From Vulcanimicrobiota bacterium (lineage in GTDB: Bacteria; Vulcanimicrobiota; Vulcanimicrobiia; Vulcanimicrobiales; Vulcanimicrobiaceae): a DNA stretch of 64,000 nucleotides. Where the stretch lies: positions 1,904 to 65,903 of the forward strand of contig CAVTPY010000012.1 in the NCBI GenBank assembly GCA_963736775.1. The letters run 5' to 3'. Positions 1 through 9,315 of this stretch are shown piece by piece. The notes under the pieces were generated by a model. The model ran no database searches, had not been told where the DNA came from, and was given only the letters and a program-made list of their open reading frames with translations. How positions within the stretch are numbered: position 1 is the stretch's first letter; each line of letters begins with the position of its first letter. A program made the position numbers and the translations under genes.

Positions 1-98
1 ACACTCTATTTCGCAAATCGTTATTTGTGCGTAAGCAGCCCAGCCTTCTGCGAAAAATAAATACCCACAGTTCCACTCATAGATTTGTGTGTTTGCGA

Positions 99-869
99 TT
101 ACCGTGTGTTCCGCAGGGCCCTGAACCGATATGCAGACGCATCCGCTCGGCCCACTGCTGGCAGGCGACGTTTGAGAAAACACGCTGGGTCCAATGACAC
201 CACATGCGCGGCTGCCAATATTACGGCGGTCGTCGAGTTCGGCCCCTGCGTATATTGAATGGTACATTGCTCCAACGTACACGTCTCTGCTCCGCCGCTG
301 AAGACGATCGGACAGTCGGTAAAGGTACAGTCGATTGCGCGCACATTCCAAGAGGATGTCGCGGGGATGCAGGTATCTGAGCTGCTCGTCGACCCAACCC
401 ATTGAAAAGCAAGGCCGCGAAGATACTTGCCGCCCGGAGTGTGCCCTGTAGAGGTCAACGAACAGTTTAGAAAGGTTGCACCGCCGCTCATATTGATCAC
501 GAAATGGTAAAAATCGGTACCACCGGTGCTTTTACCACCGCCCCCCGACCCAATGATGTTACACTGGTCGGGAACCGCAAAGCCCGACCCAACTGCGTTT
601 ACCTGGAATCCGTCCTGCGGAATAAAAGCGGTCCCCCCGATCGGCGAAGCGGTAGCCATATCTGAAAACATGTTGCCCAACTCGGTGCTGTTGTGGGTTG
701 CTGTTCCGCCCGGCGAGCCGACGTACGATCCGTAATTGTAGATCGTCATAAGATTGAAGGCTTGGTTGAAGGGAACGCTCGTGCAGAGAGGCTGCCGAGC
801 GCTTAGTCGGTGAGCTTCCGAAAGGGCCACTTGGTCCAGCGGTGACCGCCACAAAGACAGTACGTCCAT
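99..869 (-). CDS. hypothetical protein, possibly right-handed beta-helix (tail-fibre/pectate-lyase-like) cargo of the mobile element
   Basis: 256-aa ORF. G/S/T-rich with a GGGGKSTGGT loop and recurring Cys-containing turn motifs (NCSLTS, DCTFTDC, EQCTIQ). Third codon positions are visibly less GC-rich than in core genes. No family recognised with certainty. Confidence 0.35.
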   Translation of the reverse strand: MDVLSLWRSPLDQVALSEAHRLSARQPLCTSVPFNQAFNLMTIYNYGSYVGSPGGTATHNSTELGNMFSDMATASPIGGTAFIPQDGFQVNAVGSGFAVPDQCNIIGSGGGGKSTGGTDFYHFVINMSGGATFLNCSLTSTGHTPGGKYLRGLAFQWVGSTSSSDTCIPATSSWNVRAIDCTFTDCPIVFSGGAETCTLEQCTIQYTQGPNSTTAVILAAAHVVSLDPACFLKRRLPAVGRADASAYRFRALRNTR

Positions 870-1644
870 TAGGAGCTCCCCCTCTTCAATAGCTGTTCGT
901 ATTACGTGTTACGTGGCGAAGATCCGCACGGCGGCTTACCCGATCTATTCGGCGTCAGAGGTAGCCATCCTAGCCTATGACCTTACCGGCTCGGAACGGC
1001 GTGCTCGTAACTGGCAGTCCTCAGCTCCGTTCGACGTGTTCGTTAAGCAGTGCGACTTCACGGGAGTATCCAATTCGCTGAGGGCGATGACTCCAGTCAC
1101 GAATCTCGAAGCCACCGAGTGTCCGGGCTACAATGATCAGGCAACCGTTTTGCAGAGCACCATCCCTCCATTGGCCAACCCGATCACGAACCCAGAGCCC
1201 TTGGTCCAAACGTTCCTCAGGGCTGGTTCGGGCACGTCGTGTTTTATGTCAAGGAACGCGGTGGACGTAACGAATCGACGGCTTCGATACGAACCTGACC
1301 GGTGGTGGATACACGTGGGCGCCAGCGGCGAAAGCGCGTCGATCGCCGGAACAGCCACTGACTTCCTTGTCGTCGGTGGCATCTCCGTATGCGGCCAGGT
1401 TTCAGGGCCTTCGGTCTCGGCGCGGCTCCGCGCGCGCGTGCTTCCATTCGAGGGCACGGTTGCGAGTCACGCGATCGCGGTAGGGACGCGCATTACTGCG
1501 CGCCCCCCGCGCAGATCCGAGCGTGCAGTTTTCCCGCACTCGGCTGTTGCCTTGAGTATTTGACCCCAAAGCGTTGCTCAGGCCATGGATAGAGAATGCG
1601 AACGGGAGGGCCACTGCTGCTCCATCATTCGGGTCCATGTCGTG

Positions 1645-2095
1645 CGCTGCAATGCCCAAAGGGCGTAGCCGGCCGTCCGCCTTCGGAATGTTCCGCCGGC
1701 GCGACGGCTGTGCCCGGTATGCACCACGGTGCACCCGAGCGCAGAGATCGACGAGTCGTTCGTCCAGGTTTTCCCGATACGCATCCCACGTCATCCGACC
1801 ACCCGGGTGCCGCATGACGCTTGAGCGCGTGATAGGCGCCCCTTAGTAGATCGGTGTTGACGTGGTGTAGCAACGCATTGAAGCGACACTTTCGATTCGC
1901 CTGTGCCGCTTGACGTACACGCTGCAGCGCACTAGACACGCTTCCCCGGCTCTGAGTCCGGCGCGCGTTTTGCTGGCCCGTTTTCCTCTTGGCCTGTCCC
2001 CTTGGCTCCATCGACTCCGCCACCGTTTGCACGGTCTTGTTCGCCGGCTTCGTAGCTACTATGGGAAAGTCTGATTTCTTCGGTTCGTGGATCAT
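1645..2095 (-). pseudogene. group II intron reverse transcriptase/maturase, N-terminal fragment (frameshifted and truncated)
   Basis: ORF 1625-2095 reads ...RRTQSRGSVSSALQRVRQAAQANRKCRFNALLHHVNTDLLRGAYHALKRHAAPG. After a frame change near 1800, ORF 1402-1815 continues ...TWDAYRENLDERLVDLCARVHRGAYRAQPSRRRNIPKADGRLRPLGIAA. This is the characteristic RT0-RT2 region of bacterial group II intron ORFs. Similarity ends after LGIAA. Confidence 0.8.
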
Positions 2096-2640
2096 CGGCT
2101 ACAGCTCGTCGCCTCCCCGATGCGAACCGCCACCGTTGTGACGGCCGACCCGAAGACCTCCCGGTTCCCGCGCAAGGCGTTTCCATACATGCAAAGGTCA
2201 GCGGCCGCGCAGAGCCGTTCACCCGCTTGCGATGACGCGAGTGAACGTGTTGCCTTCCGGTCCTCAGCATACCGTCGGCGCTCCGGACTTGCTATTTTTC
2301 GCAGTTCAATACTAAGCCTGTACGTTTCCCTACCGACGCTTCGCCGGTCACCCTCACGGATGCCGACGCACGGCTCGGGCTCGATTACGGGGCCGGACCG
2401 GGGTCCCTTCGCTCAGTGAGTGCCGGGAAGACCGGCAAGGAGTACAAGGTGAAAGTCCGTGACGATGAAGGCGTAGCGAGCCACCCATACGCATGCTGAG
2501 CGGGACCGAAGGGCCCGCGACCGTGCCGCTTCCGGCTGGGCGGACGGCGCCGCAGGCGTTGTCCGGAACCACCGGCTTGCGTTTTGAAAATGGGTCGATC
2601 GAGAGTAACGCATCGCATCGAATCGCGCATGAAAAAGGAT
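1645..2640 (-). mobile_element. group II intron remnant: 5' RNA domains plus the N-terminal part of the intron-encoded RT; 3' part missing
   Basis: RT-fragment ORFs at 1645-2095 are preceded on the minus strand by about 540 nt without a credible ORF, which is the expected size for domains I-III. The 5' boundary near 2640 is an estimate and no clean GUGCG start was identified. No domain V/VI or RT motifs 3-7 were found downstream. Confidence 0.55.
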
Positions 2641-2693
2641 AGCGTTAAGCTCGCCTTCGTGATATACTTGGCCTAAGACAACGTACAGAATTA

Positions 2694-2777
2694 CGCCCGC
2701 ATAATAATGCGGGTGTAATCACAAGTCCCGATGCGGATCGTTCGCGCGGGGCTTTTTTCTTTTTGCGAGGTGACGTC
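2694..2777 (+). promoter_or_regulatory. oriT-like / promoter-leader region of the relaxase (copy A)
   Basis: 7-bp inverted repeat CCCGCAT-AATA-ATGCGGG at 2696-2713, then a second hairpin followed by a T-tract, then GAGGTG 6 nt before the ATG at 2778. The block is duplicated at 5999-6083. Confidence 0.5.
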
Positions 2778-5203
2778 ATGATCTCCAAGTCGGTGGCGGC
2801 GCGCAGCCATACCCGGCGCTTCGCGACCGGCATCGACTACATCACGGAGCACGCCCACGAGCGCGCTTGTGCACAGGCTGGACGTTCCTTCGGAGATGGC
2901 ATCGGATACGCGAGCGCACCGAAAAAGGCAGCCTGGGTGCAGCTACGCGGCGTCACTTCGGTGGAGATGGCTGCACTCGAAATGGAGGCCGTCGCAGCAC
3001 TCTCACGACGCTGCAAAGATCCTGTCTACCACCTCATCGTCGCCTATGCCCAGGGCGAGCATCCGACGCGCGAGCAAGTCGTGAGCGACGCGGAGCGGTT
3101 GCTGAAGGCGATCGGCATGGAGCGCAACCAGTACGTGTTAGCGGCCCATCAGGATACCGACAACACCACGCCCACATCATCGCCAATCGCATCGGGCCGA
3201 ACGGCAAGGCGAACGACCTGTGGCAGGAGCGGATCAAACGCGAGCGCACCTGCGCGGAGATTGCGGCCGAGCGCGGGTGGGAGATCGTCGTCGGCCGGCA
3301 CAACCGCGACATCGTCCAACGTGTGCGTCACCTGTATGCGCCGCCGCCGGACCCGGAGCGACGCCTGAGCGATGGTGTGTATCGGCAGCTCATCGAGCGC
3401 GGTGAGCTCCCGTGGCAGGAGAGCGCGCGCCCGTATGTGCTCGACGCCATCGATCGCGCGAAGAGCTGGAGCGAGCTGCATGAACGGCTGGTCGCGCACG
3501 GTGTCGTCGCGAAGCTGGTTAAGCGCTGCGAGCGGATACGGGGGCTGGCATTCGCCGAAGGGTTCGAGCGCGGCGCGCCGGGTTGCGCGGCGTCACGCAT
3601 CGATACGCGCTGCGCATTGCCGGCGCTTGAGCGGCGCTTTGGGCCGTTCACGCCGTCGCGCGAGCTGACGAAGGACACGAGCGATGGGGCGCAATGGGTG
3701 CAAAACGCGCGAGCAACGATTCTCGGCGCAGTCGACAGCGCGCGCTCGTGGGAAGATCTAACGCAGCAGCTCGACCGCGACGGGATCGTCGTCAAGTTGA
3801 TCGCGCGGGGGACGCGCGTGCAAGGACTCGCATTTGCACAGGGGCGCGATCCGGGCGCACCGGGCTGCGGTGCGTCGCGGATCCATCCGCGCTGCAAGAA
3901 AGCAGCACTCGAGCAACGCTTCGGGGCGTGCCCGTTTCCGCGGAAGCAACCGCCAAAGCGCAGCCGCAGCAGCGTTCGCGATCGGGCCGAGCGCGAGGCG
4001 AACACGGATCCGCGCTGGGCACTGCGTGACGCGCAACGCATCGTCGACCACGCCCGGATTCGATCGGAGTACGCGCAGTATCGCGACCGTTTCTTTGCCG
4101 ACCATCATCGAGCGACAGCCGACCGCAGAGCAGCAGCATGGGAGCGCGAGCGAGTACAGCGCCACTGCGAGGCCAAGCGCCGCCGCGAAGCGCGCCTGCT
4201 CTTGCGCGCAGTGGCGCGGCTGGCCGCGCGCGGCGCGGTCGCCCGGCAACTCGCGCACTGGTCGATCGATGCCGTCATCAATCGCCGGCGCGCGCACGAG
4301 CACGACGCCGGGCGCGTGCGCTGGGAGGCGGCAAAGATCGTGCTGGCGTCAGAACGCAAGCTGGTGCGCGAGGAGAAGCCGATGGACTATCGTTCGTTCG
4401 TGGCGCAGCGGGCTCGCGTCGGGGATCTGGCGGCGCAGCGGGTTTTGGGCCAACTCGAGGCTCCAGCGCATAATCGGCACGAGCGGGCCGCAGAAGCGCC
4501 ATGGCCGCACATAACTGTCGACCAGATGCGCGAGCGTTTGCACTTCATTCGCGCAGAAGTAGAGGACCGCTACGAGCACGCTCGCATCGAGCGGCGGGGC
4601 TTGACCCGCCTCGAGCGGCCGCCCACGATCGAGCAGGCGCTCGCGTCGGCGCGAAAAGAGATCCAGGCGCGCGCCAGTGAGGCAACGCAGTTCACGCCGG
4701 CCGAACGCGCACAGCTTGCGCGGCTGGCGAAGGAGCAGCAGACCTGGAACCCGTTTGTGCGCAACGCGGCCAAGAAGGCAGCCCTGAAACTGCATACCGC
4801 GCAACAGGCTCGCTCTGAAGCGGAGCTCACCAAAGCCACGCGCGACTTTGAAAGTGGCGACGCCCAGCGAGTTCAAGAACGCATTCGCAGCGATGAACGC
4901 ACCTACCGCGACTACGTCCGCGCGTCGCTCGGTCTCGAAGACCAGATGCGCAAAGCACGGGTTGCGCTGCGTGAAGACCTACCGAAGATCGAAAAACAGC
5001 TGACGGTATTGGAACGCACCGGCGTTACGCAGCTCGAATGCGAGGGTGTGGTGTGGCGCGCAGGGCTCGACAAGCTCGCAGCGGCCGTCGATCGCGCATG
5101 CCAGGCGTTGCCGCAGGAGCTTCGGCGGGATGTCGAGTTCGCGATCCGCCGAGAACAGCGCGCCCTCAATCGCTCGCGCGAATCGATTTCGATGGACCGT
5201 TAG
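2778..5203 (+). pseudogene. MobA/VirD2-family conjugative relaxase carrying a 1-nt frameshift at about 3164
   Basis: N-terminus MISKSVAARS..., DPVYHLIVAYAQGEHPTREQ..., then AAHQDTDN (frame of 2763) continues as HHAHIIANRIGPNGKANDLW in the frame of 2867-5203. This restores the HxDxDxxHxH relaxase motif only if one C is added in the run at 3161-3167. Long Arg/Ala-rich C-terminal region. Confidence 0.8.
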
Positions 5204-5998
5204 CAGCGCTCAGCTCGATCCGTGTATTCACCGAACCCGAACTCCGTTGCCGATCCAATCATCTGTGCCAGCGATGTGCCCGACGTGCTGCTCCTTGTAG
5301 CGTGTCGGCAGTAGACCAGGTAGCCGTGCGGGTTACGTGCGAACGAGTATCTGCGGAACGAGCGACTAATGCGTTGCTAGCGTTTTCGTTCGCCTTTCCA
5401 TCTTCCTGGCACGACATACTAACGGAGCTAGCGCGCGAAGTGCGCCACGATACAGTGGACGTTACCGTTGTCGAGCAGCATTGCAACTCATATTTGGCGA
5501 GTCTTACCGGGCTGGCTGAGCGCGACCGGAGTCCGCGTAACGCCGCCGCCCCTGGCTGCCGTATTGAAAAATGGGCGATCGCAGACCACCTCGATGCTGG
5601 GATCGTGTTGCGCGCGATTACTGCTTCGAACGGGATAGAACCTCCCGTGAGCGCCTCATGCTTTCACGCGGCACTGCTGACGTTGCGCGTCGAGTTTGAT
5701 GTAGGCGGGGACGGAGGAGCGGGATCTTCATCGTCGCGCGCAGAGTGTGCTTCGGCAAAGAGTCGGCAGGCGGTGCACGGAGTCGCGGTCGCAAGTACTC
5801 GGAGCAGCCGGGTCCAGGGTATGCCATAAGGCCGAGCGCAGCTCGCCCTGGACGCGGCTGCTATCATGCGATCGATCCGACTTCGTGCAGCGCCGGCAGG
5901 GGGCTCGAAGCGCGAGGTCGTCTCGGAAAAGCACTGCGATTGGTAGCGATAGGCTTGCATGTGTGGTACAATTTTGGTGACAGAGTGTAGCAGACTTT

Positions 5999-6083
5999 CG
6001 CCCGCATTATAATGCAGGTGAAACTATGAGTCCCGTAGCGTCAGCAGTTCGCGCGGGACTTTTTCTTTTGCGGAGGTGAGCTC
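5999..6083 (+). promoter_or_regulatory. second copy of the oriT-like / relaxase upstream region (copy B)
   Basis: Aligns by eye with 2694-2777. It has CCCGCAT-TATA-ATGCAGG at 6001-6018, the hairpin AGTCCCG...CGGGACT plus a T-tract, and GGAGGTG before the GTG at 6084. Confidence 0.5.
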
Positions 6084-6275
6084 GTGATTACGAAGGCGGT
6101 GCCGGCGTCGCGCGCATCGATTGCGACGCCGCGATGGGCGGCGCACGGCTCGACGGCCTTGCTGCGGCGATCGAGCAGCAGTATCGAGCTCTGCCGACAC
6201 GAGATTCGGCAAGACGTTGAGTACAGCATTCGCAAAGAACAGCGCGCACGCGACTCCATGACGATAGACCGATAA
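6084..6275 (+). pseudogene. internally deleted relaxase relic (N-terminal about 15 codons joined to the C-terminal about 45 codons)
   Basis: VITKAVPASRAS resembles MISKSVAARS of the full relaxase. The end ...EIRQDVEYSIRKEQRARDSMTIDR* resembles ...ELRRDVEFAIRREQRALNRSRESISMDR*. An alternative frame reads RLDGLAAAIEQQYRALP, resembling GLDKLAAAVDRACQALP, so an additional frameshift is present. Confidence 0.7.
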
Positions 6276-6337
6276 CATTGGCCCGACCATCGCGCCGTTC
6301 CGTTCTCGGCAGCAACCCAAGGGGTGGGTGACCAGAC

Positions 6338-6565
6338 ATGACCACACAATCGATCAGGTCGATGCCGCCCGGCGCGCAGAGCGCACGCTTTGCGGACCTG
6401 CCGGACATCCTAACCCCACACGACGTCATCGCGTTTCTCCCGATTGGGCGGAACGCGGTCTACGATGCGATCAAGCGGCAAGCGCTCAAGAGCATCCGTG
6501 TGGGCCAGAAAATCCTCATCACGAAGGCCGCCCTGCGAGAGTTTCTCGGCGGAAACGTCGAATAA
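6338..6565 (+). CDS. excisionase-family helix-turn-helix DNA-binding protein
   Basis: 75 aa. LTPHDVIAFLPIGRNAVYDAIKRQALKSIRVGQKILITKAALREFL matches the excisionase/AlpA-type HTH pattern. It lies immediately upstream of the integrase. Confidence 0.75.
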   Translation: MTTQSIRSMPPGAQSARFADLPDILTPHDVIAFLPIGRNAVYDAIKRQALKSIRVGQKILITKAALREFLGGNVE

Positions 6566-6594
6566 TATCCTCGCCTGGACCGCGGAAAGAATCC

Positions 6595-7763
6595 ATGGCA
6601 AAACCAAAACACCTTGGGGTCAAGAAGTACATGATCGTCTATGACGTGCCCCCGCAAAACGGAAAGGCGCGTCAACAAAAGCGAGAGATCCTCCGCGGCG
6701 TGACCAAACACGAAGCGGAGTCATTTCTTGCCAAACGCATCGAAAGCGTCGCGCGGGGCGAGTACACCGCAGACGCGGACATGACCATGTCCGACCTCTT
6801 CGAGAAGTTCATGACGCACAAGGCAAAGCGCCTCGAAGCGACGACGCTCGATCGATACAAGGGCATCATCGCCACCTATCTTCGCCCGACGTTTGGAAAG
6901 ATGCGTTTGACCGCACTGCGCAAGGCGCATCTCATCGAAGCGTACGAGAAGTGGCAAGCGAGAAGCAGACGAGGCGTTCGGGTCGGACGATTCGGCACGT
7001 GCATGATCTGCTGCGGGCGACGCTCAACTGGGCCGTTAGTCTTGACTACGTCCAAACCAACGTTGCCGGCAAGATCACGTCCGACGACCTTCCCAAGGCC
7101 TTCAAACCCGAGAGCACGGTGCTCAACGAGAACGAGCTACGCCACTTGCTGGCAGAGGCGCAATCGCCCACCTTCCTGGCAAAAAAGCGCGGCACCGTCT
7201 CGTCGCATCCCTGGTTCTATCCGGCGTTGGTCTTTGCGGCCTACACCGGGGCCCGGCGCGGCGAAGTCTTGGCTACGCGTTGGCCCGATCTCGACTTGGA
7301 CGGCGGCACGGTTACGATCCGTGAATCGCTCGCCCAGCCGCGCTCGGGGCTCGCGTTCAAGCGGCCGAAGAACGGGCAGGTCCGCACGGTTACGATCACT
7401 TCGGAGCTCGTTGCCGTCCTGCGCTCGCACAAAGCGAGGCAGGCGGCAGAGCAGGTGTACCTGGGCGAAAGGTACCACCGGCACGACCTGGTCTTCGCGA
7501 TGCCCAACGGCATGCCGGTTTCCCCCGAGGCCTTCGGGGCGGCATTCAAGCGGCTCGTCGAGCGGGCAAAGGTCGCGCGGATTCGGTTACACGACCTGCG
7601 AGACACCCACGCCTCGCTCTTGGCAAAAGCTGGCGTGCCGATCGAGGTGGTCAGTCAGCGACTCGGTCATAGCTGCATCGGCGTCACCGTCGATCGTTAC
7701 GTGACCGTCTATCGGGAGCGTGATGCGGCGGCCGCCGCAGCGTTCGCGCGATTAGTCGCGTGA
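6595..7763 (+). pseudogene. tyrosine-type site-specific integrase with a frameshift near 6950-6965
   Basis: The N-terminal SAM-like part (MAKPKHLGVKKYMIVYDVP...LIEAYEKWQ) is in the frame of 6328-7704. The remainder (ASEKQTRRSGRTIRHVHDLLRATLNWAV...) is in the frame of 6951-7763. Catalytic signature present: YTGARRGE, HDLRDTHAS, LGHS, DRYVTVY. Confidence 0.85.
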
Positions 7764-7770
7764 CAAAAAC

Positions 7771-7810
7771 GAAAAGCCGACGTGACAATTCCGTGACAAG
7801 TCGGCTTTTC
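7771..7810 (+). terminator. hairpin after the integrase gene (GAAAAGCCGAC ... GTCGGCTTTTC)
   Basis: Perfect 11-bp inverted repeat with an 18-nt loop and flanking A/T runs. The large loop contains two CGTGACAA repeats, so it may be a recombination-site structure rather than a terminator. Confidence 0.4.
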
Positions 7811-7860
7811 TAGACCGGTAAAAGCGCCGGATTCCCTCGTGAGATATGCGATTTTGTTCT

Positions 7861-7932
7861 TAGCGCCAACGGGAATCGAACCCGTCTTTCCGCCTTGAAA
7901 GGGCGATGTCCTAACCGATAGACGATGGCGCC
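7861..7932 (-). tRNA. tRNA-Glu (anticodon UUC)
   Basis: Manual cloverleaf fold. Acceptor GGCGCCA/TGGCGCT (G1-U72 wobble), D-stem GTCT/GGAC, anticodon stem TCGCC/GGCGG, loop CTTTCAA, T-arm ACGGG-TTCGATT-CCCGT, discriminator A. CCA is not encoded. Confidence 0.85.
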
Positions 7933-8103
7933 TCAAGTGGCTCTGCTTCCACCGATTCGGGTAGCCGACGCAATCCCACCTCTAGCCGGGACGTGAAGCG
8001 GACCGGCTTCGTGCATCTGAGCGGCGTGGGGCCGTACTTGGTTAGGCAGCCGGCCGGCCGAGGCTAGGATTTCTTGCGTGGCTGAGAATAGACGCTTTGC
8101 TTG

Positions 8104-9312
8104 ATGGATCGTTATAGGCGCGCCGCACTCCTCTGTGCCGTGTGCGCGCTGCCAATCGGGTGCGGGCACTCGGAAAACGGGAACGCGGCCAACGTCGCGG
8201 CTCCACCCGCGGTCGTGCGAGTTACGACGCTTCGCCGCGCGACGGTCCCGATCACCGCGGATTATCAGGGGACGCTCGGATCGATCGAGAGCGTGCAGAT
8301 ACGAGCTCGTGTAGAGGGCACGCTGGACCGGGTACTTTTTAAAGAGGGGCGCCTCGTGCACAAGGGCGACCTCATCTTCGAGCTTCAGCACGATGCCTAC
8401 GCCGCGGCGCTTCAATCGGCGCAAGCCCAGCTCGACACCGCGCGAGCGCAGGTCGTCCAAGCCTACGGCAACCTCTTTGCCAAGGTCGCGTCGCTCGCTC
8501 GCGACGAAATCACCGTCGCCCGGGATCGCCCCCTCGCTGCCGACAAAGCGATTCCGCAGAAAGATCTCGACAACGCCGTCGCAACGGCGGAGATGGCGAA
8601 GGGCGACGTGGTCGTCGCACGCGCGCAAGTCGGAGAGGCGCGCGCCGGCGTCTTGAACGCGCAGGCTGGGGTAACGAACGCGAAACTCAACCTCAGCTAT
8701 ACGACGATCTACGCGCCCGTCACCGGATTGATCGGCTTCCTCAATTACGACGTCGGCAACGTCGTCGGGGGACCGAGCACGCAGGTTCTCGATACGATCG
8801 ACGCGATCGACCCGATAAAGATCACGTTTGCACTGGACGAACCGGCGTATCTGGACCTTTTTGGTCAGCGGAAAAACCCAAACGTAAGTTCCCTGCGCTA
8901 CCAGCCTTTGCAGCTGATCCTCGCCAACGACGCGACGTACCAGTATACCGGGCGCCTCTACACGATCAACTCGACGGTCGACTCGCGCACCGGAACGCTC
9001 ACGGTCGAGTCGCGATTCCCTAACCCTGATGGCTTGCTGCGGCCCGGGGGATTCGCACGGGTGCGCTTGATGATCGAGCGGCGCCCCGACGCGCTCGTAG
9101 TTCCCGAGACCGCAATCGTCAAATCGCAGGGCCTCGACGCAGTGTACGTTGTGAATTCGAACGGCACAGCGTCGCTTCGAACGATTTCGCTCGGTCCGCA
9201 GTACGGGTCCGGCTTCGTCGTCGACTCCGGACTGCAGGCCGGCGACCGCGTCGTCGTACAGGGCACGCAAAAAGTGGTTCCGGGCGCCAAAGTGACGATC
9301 AAGACGAACTAG
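8104..9312 (+). CDS. RND efflux periplasmic adaptor (membrane fusion protein), lipoprotein
   Basis: Lipobox LPIGC. HlyD/AcrA-like coiled-coil and beta-barrel pattern (IRARVEGTLDRVLFKEGRLVHKGDLIFEL...YTTIYAPVTGLIG...). Directly upstream of the RND permease. Confidence 0.9.
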   Translation: MDRYRRAALLCAVCALPIGCGHSENGNAANVAAPPAVVRVTTLRRATVPITADYQGTLGSIESVQIRARVEGTLDRVLFKEGRLVHKGDLIFELQHDAYAAALQSAQAQLDTARAQVVQAYGNLFAKVASLARDEITVARDRPLAADKAIPQKDLDNAVATAEMAKGDVVVARAQVGEARAGVLNAQAGVTNAKLNLSYTTIYAPVTGLIGFLNYDVGNVVGGPSTQVLDTIDAIDPIKITFALDEPAYLDLFGQRKNPNVSSLRYQPLQLILANDATYQYTGRLYTINSTVDSRTGTLTVESRFPNPDGLLRPGGFARVRLMIERRPDALVVPETAIVKSQGLDAVYVVNSNGTASLRTISLGPQYGSGFVVDSGLQAGDRVVVQGTQKVVPGAKVTIKTN

Positions 9313-9315
9313 ACC

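Noticed and set aside
913-1563. 216-aa plus-strand ORF between the cargo gene and the RT fragment.
   Set aside because: There is no recognisable motif, it has a GTG start without a clear SD, and it overlaps the zone where the intron is truncated. It may be a remnant, but I cannot support a call.
99-2095. Diversity-generating retroelement or defence-associated RT system (RT next to a beta-helix-like target protein).
   Set aside because: The RT fragment carries the group II intron-specific N-terminal region (RFNALLHHV...YRAQPSRR..IPKADG) and is truncated. No template/variable repeat pair and no accessory gene were seen.
2440-2470. GGTGAAAGTCCG string on the plus strand, reminiscent of the cobalamin-riboswitch core.
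   Set aside because: It is an isolated short match inside the presumed intron RNA region, on the opposite strand to any downstream gene, and other riboswitch elements are absent.
5038-5829. 263-aa ORF extending from inside the relaxase gene past its stop.
   Set aside because: The first part is an alternative frame of the relaxase. No ATG occurs after 5203. It is kept only as a question under findings.
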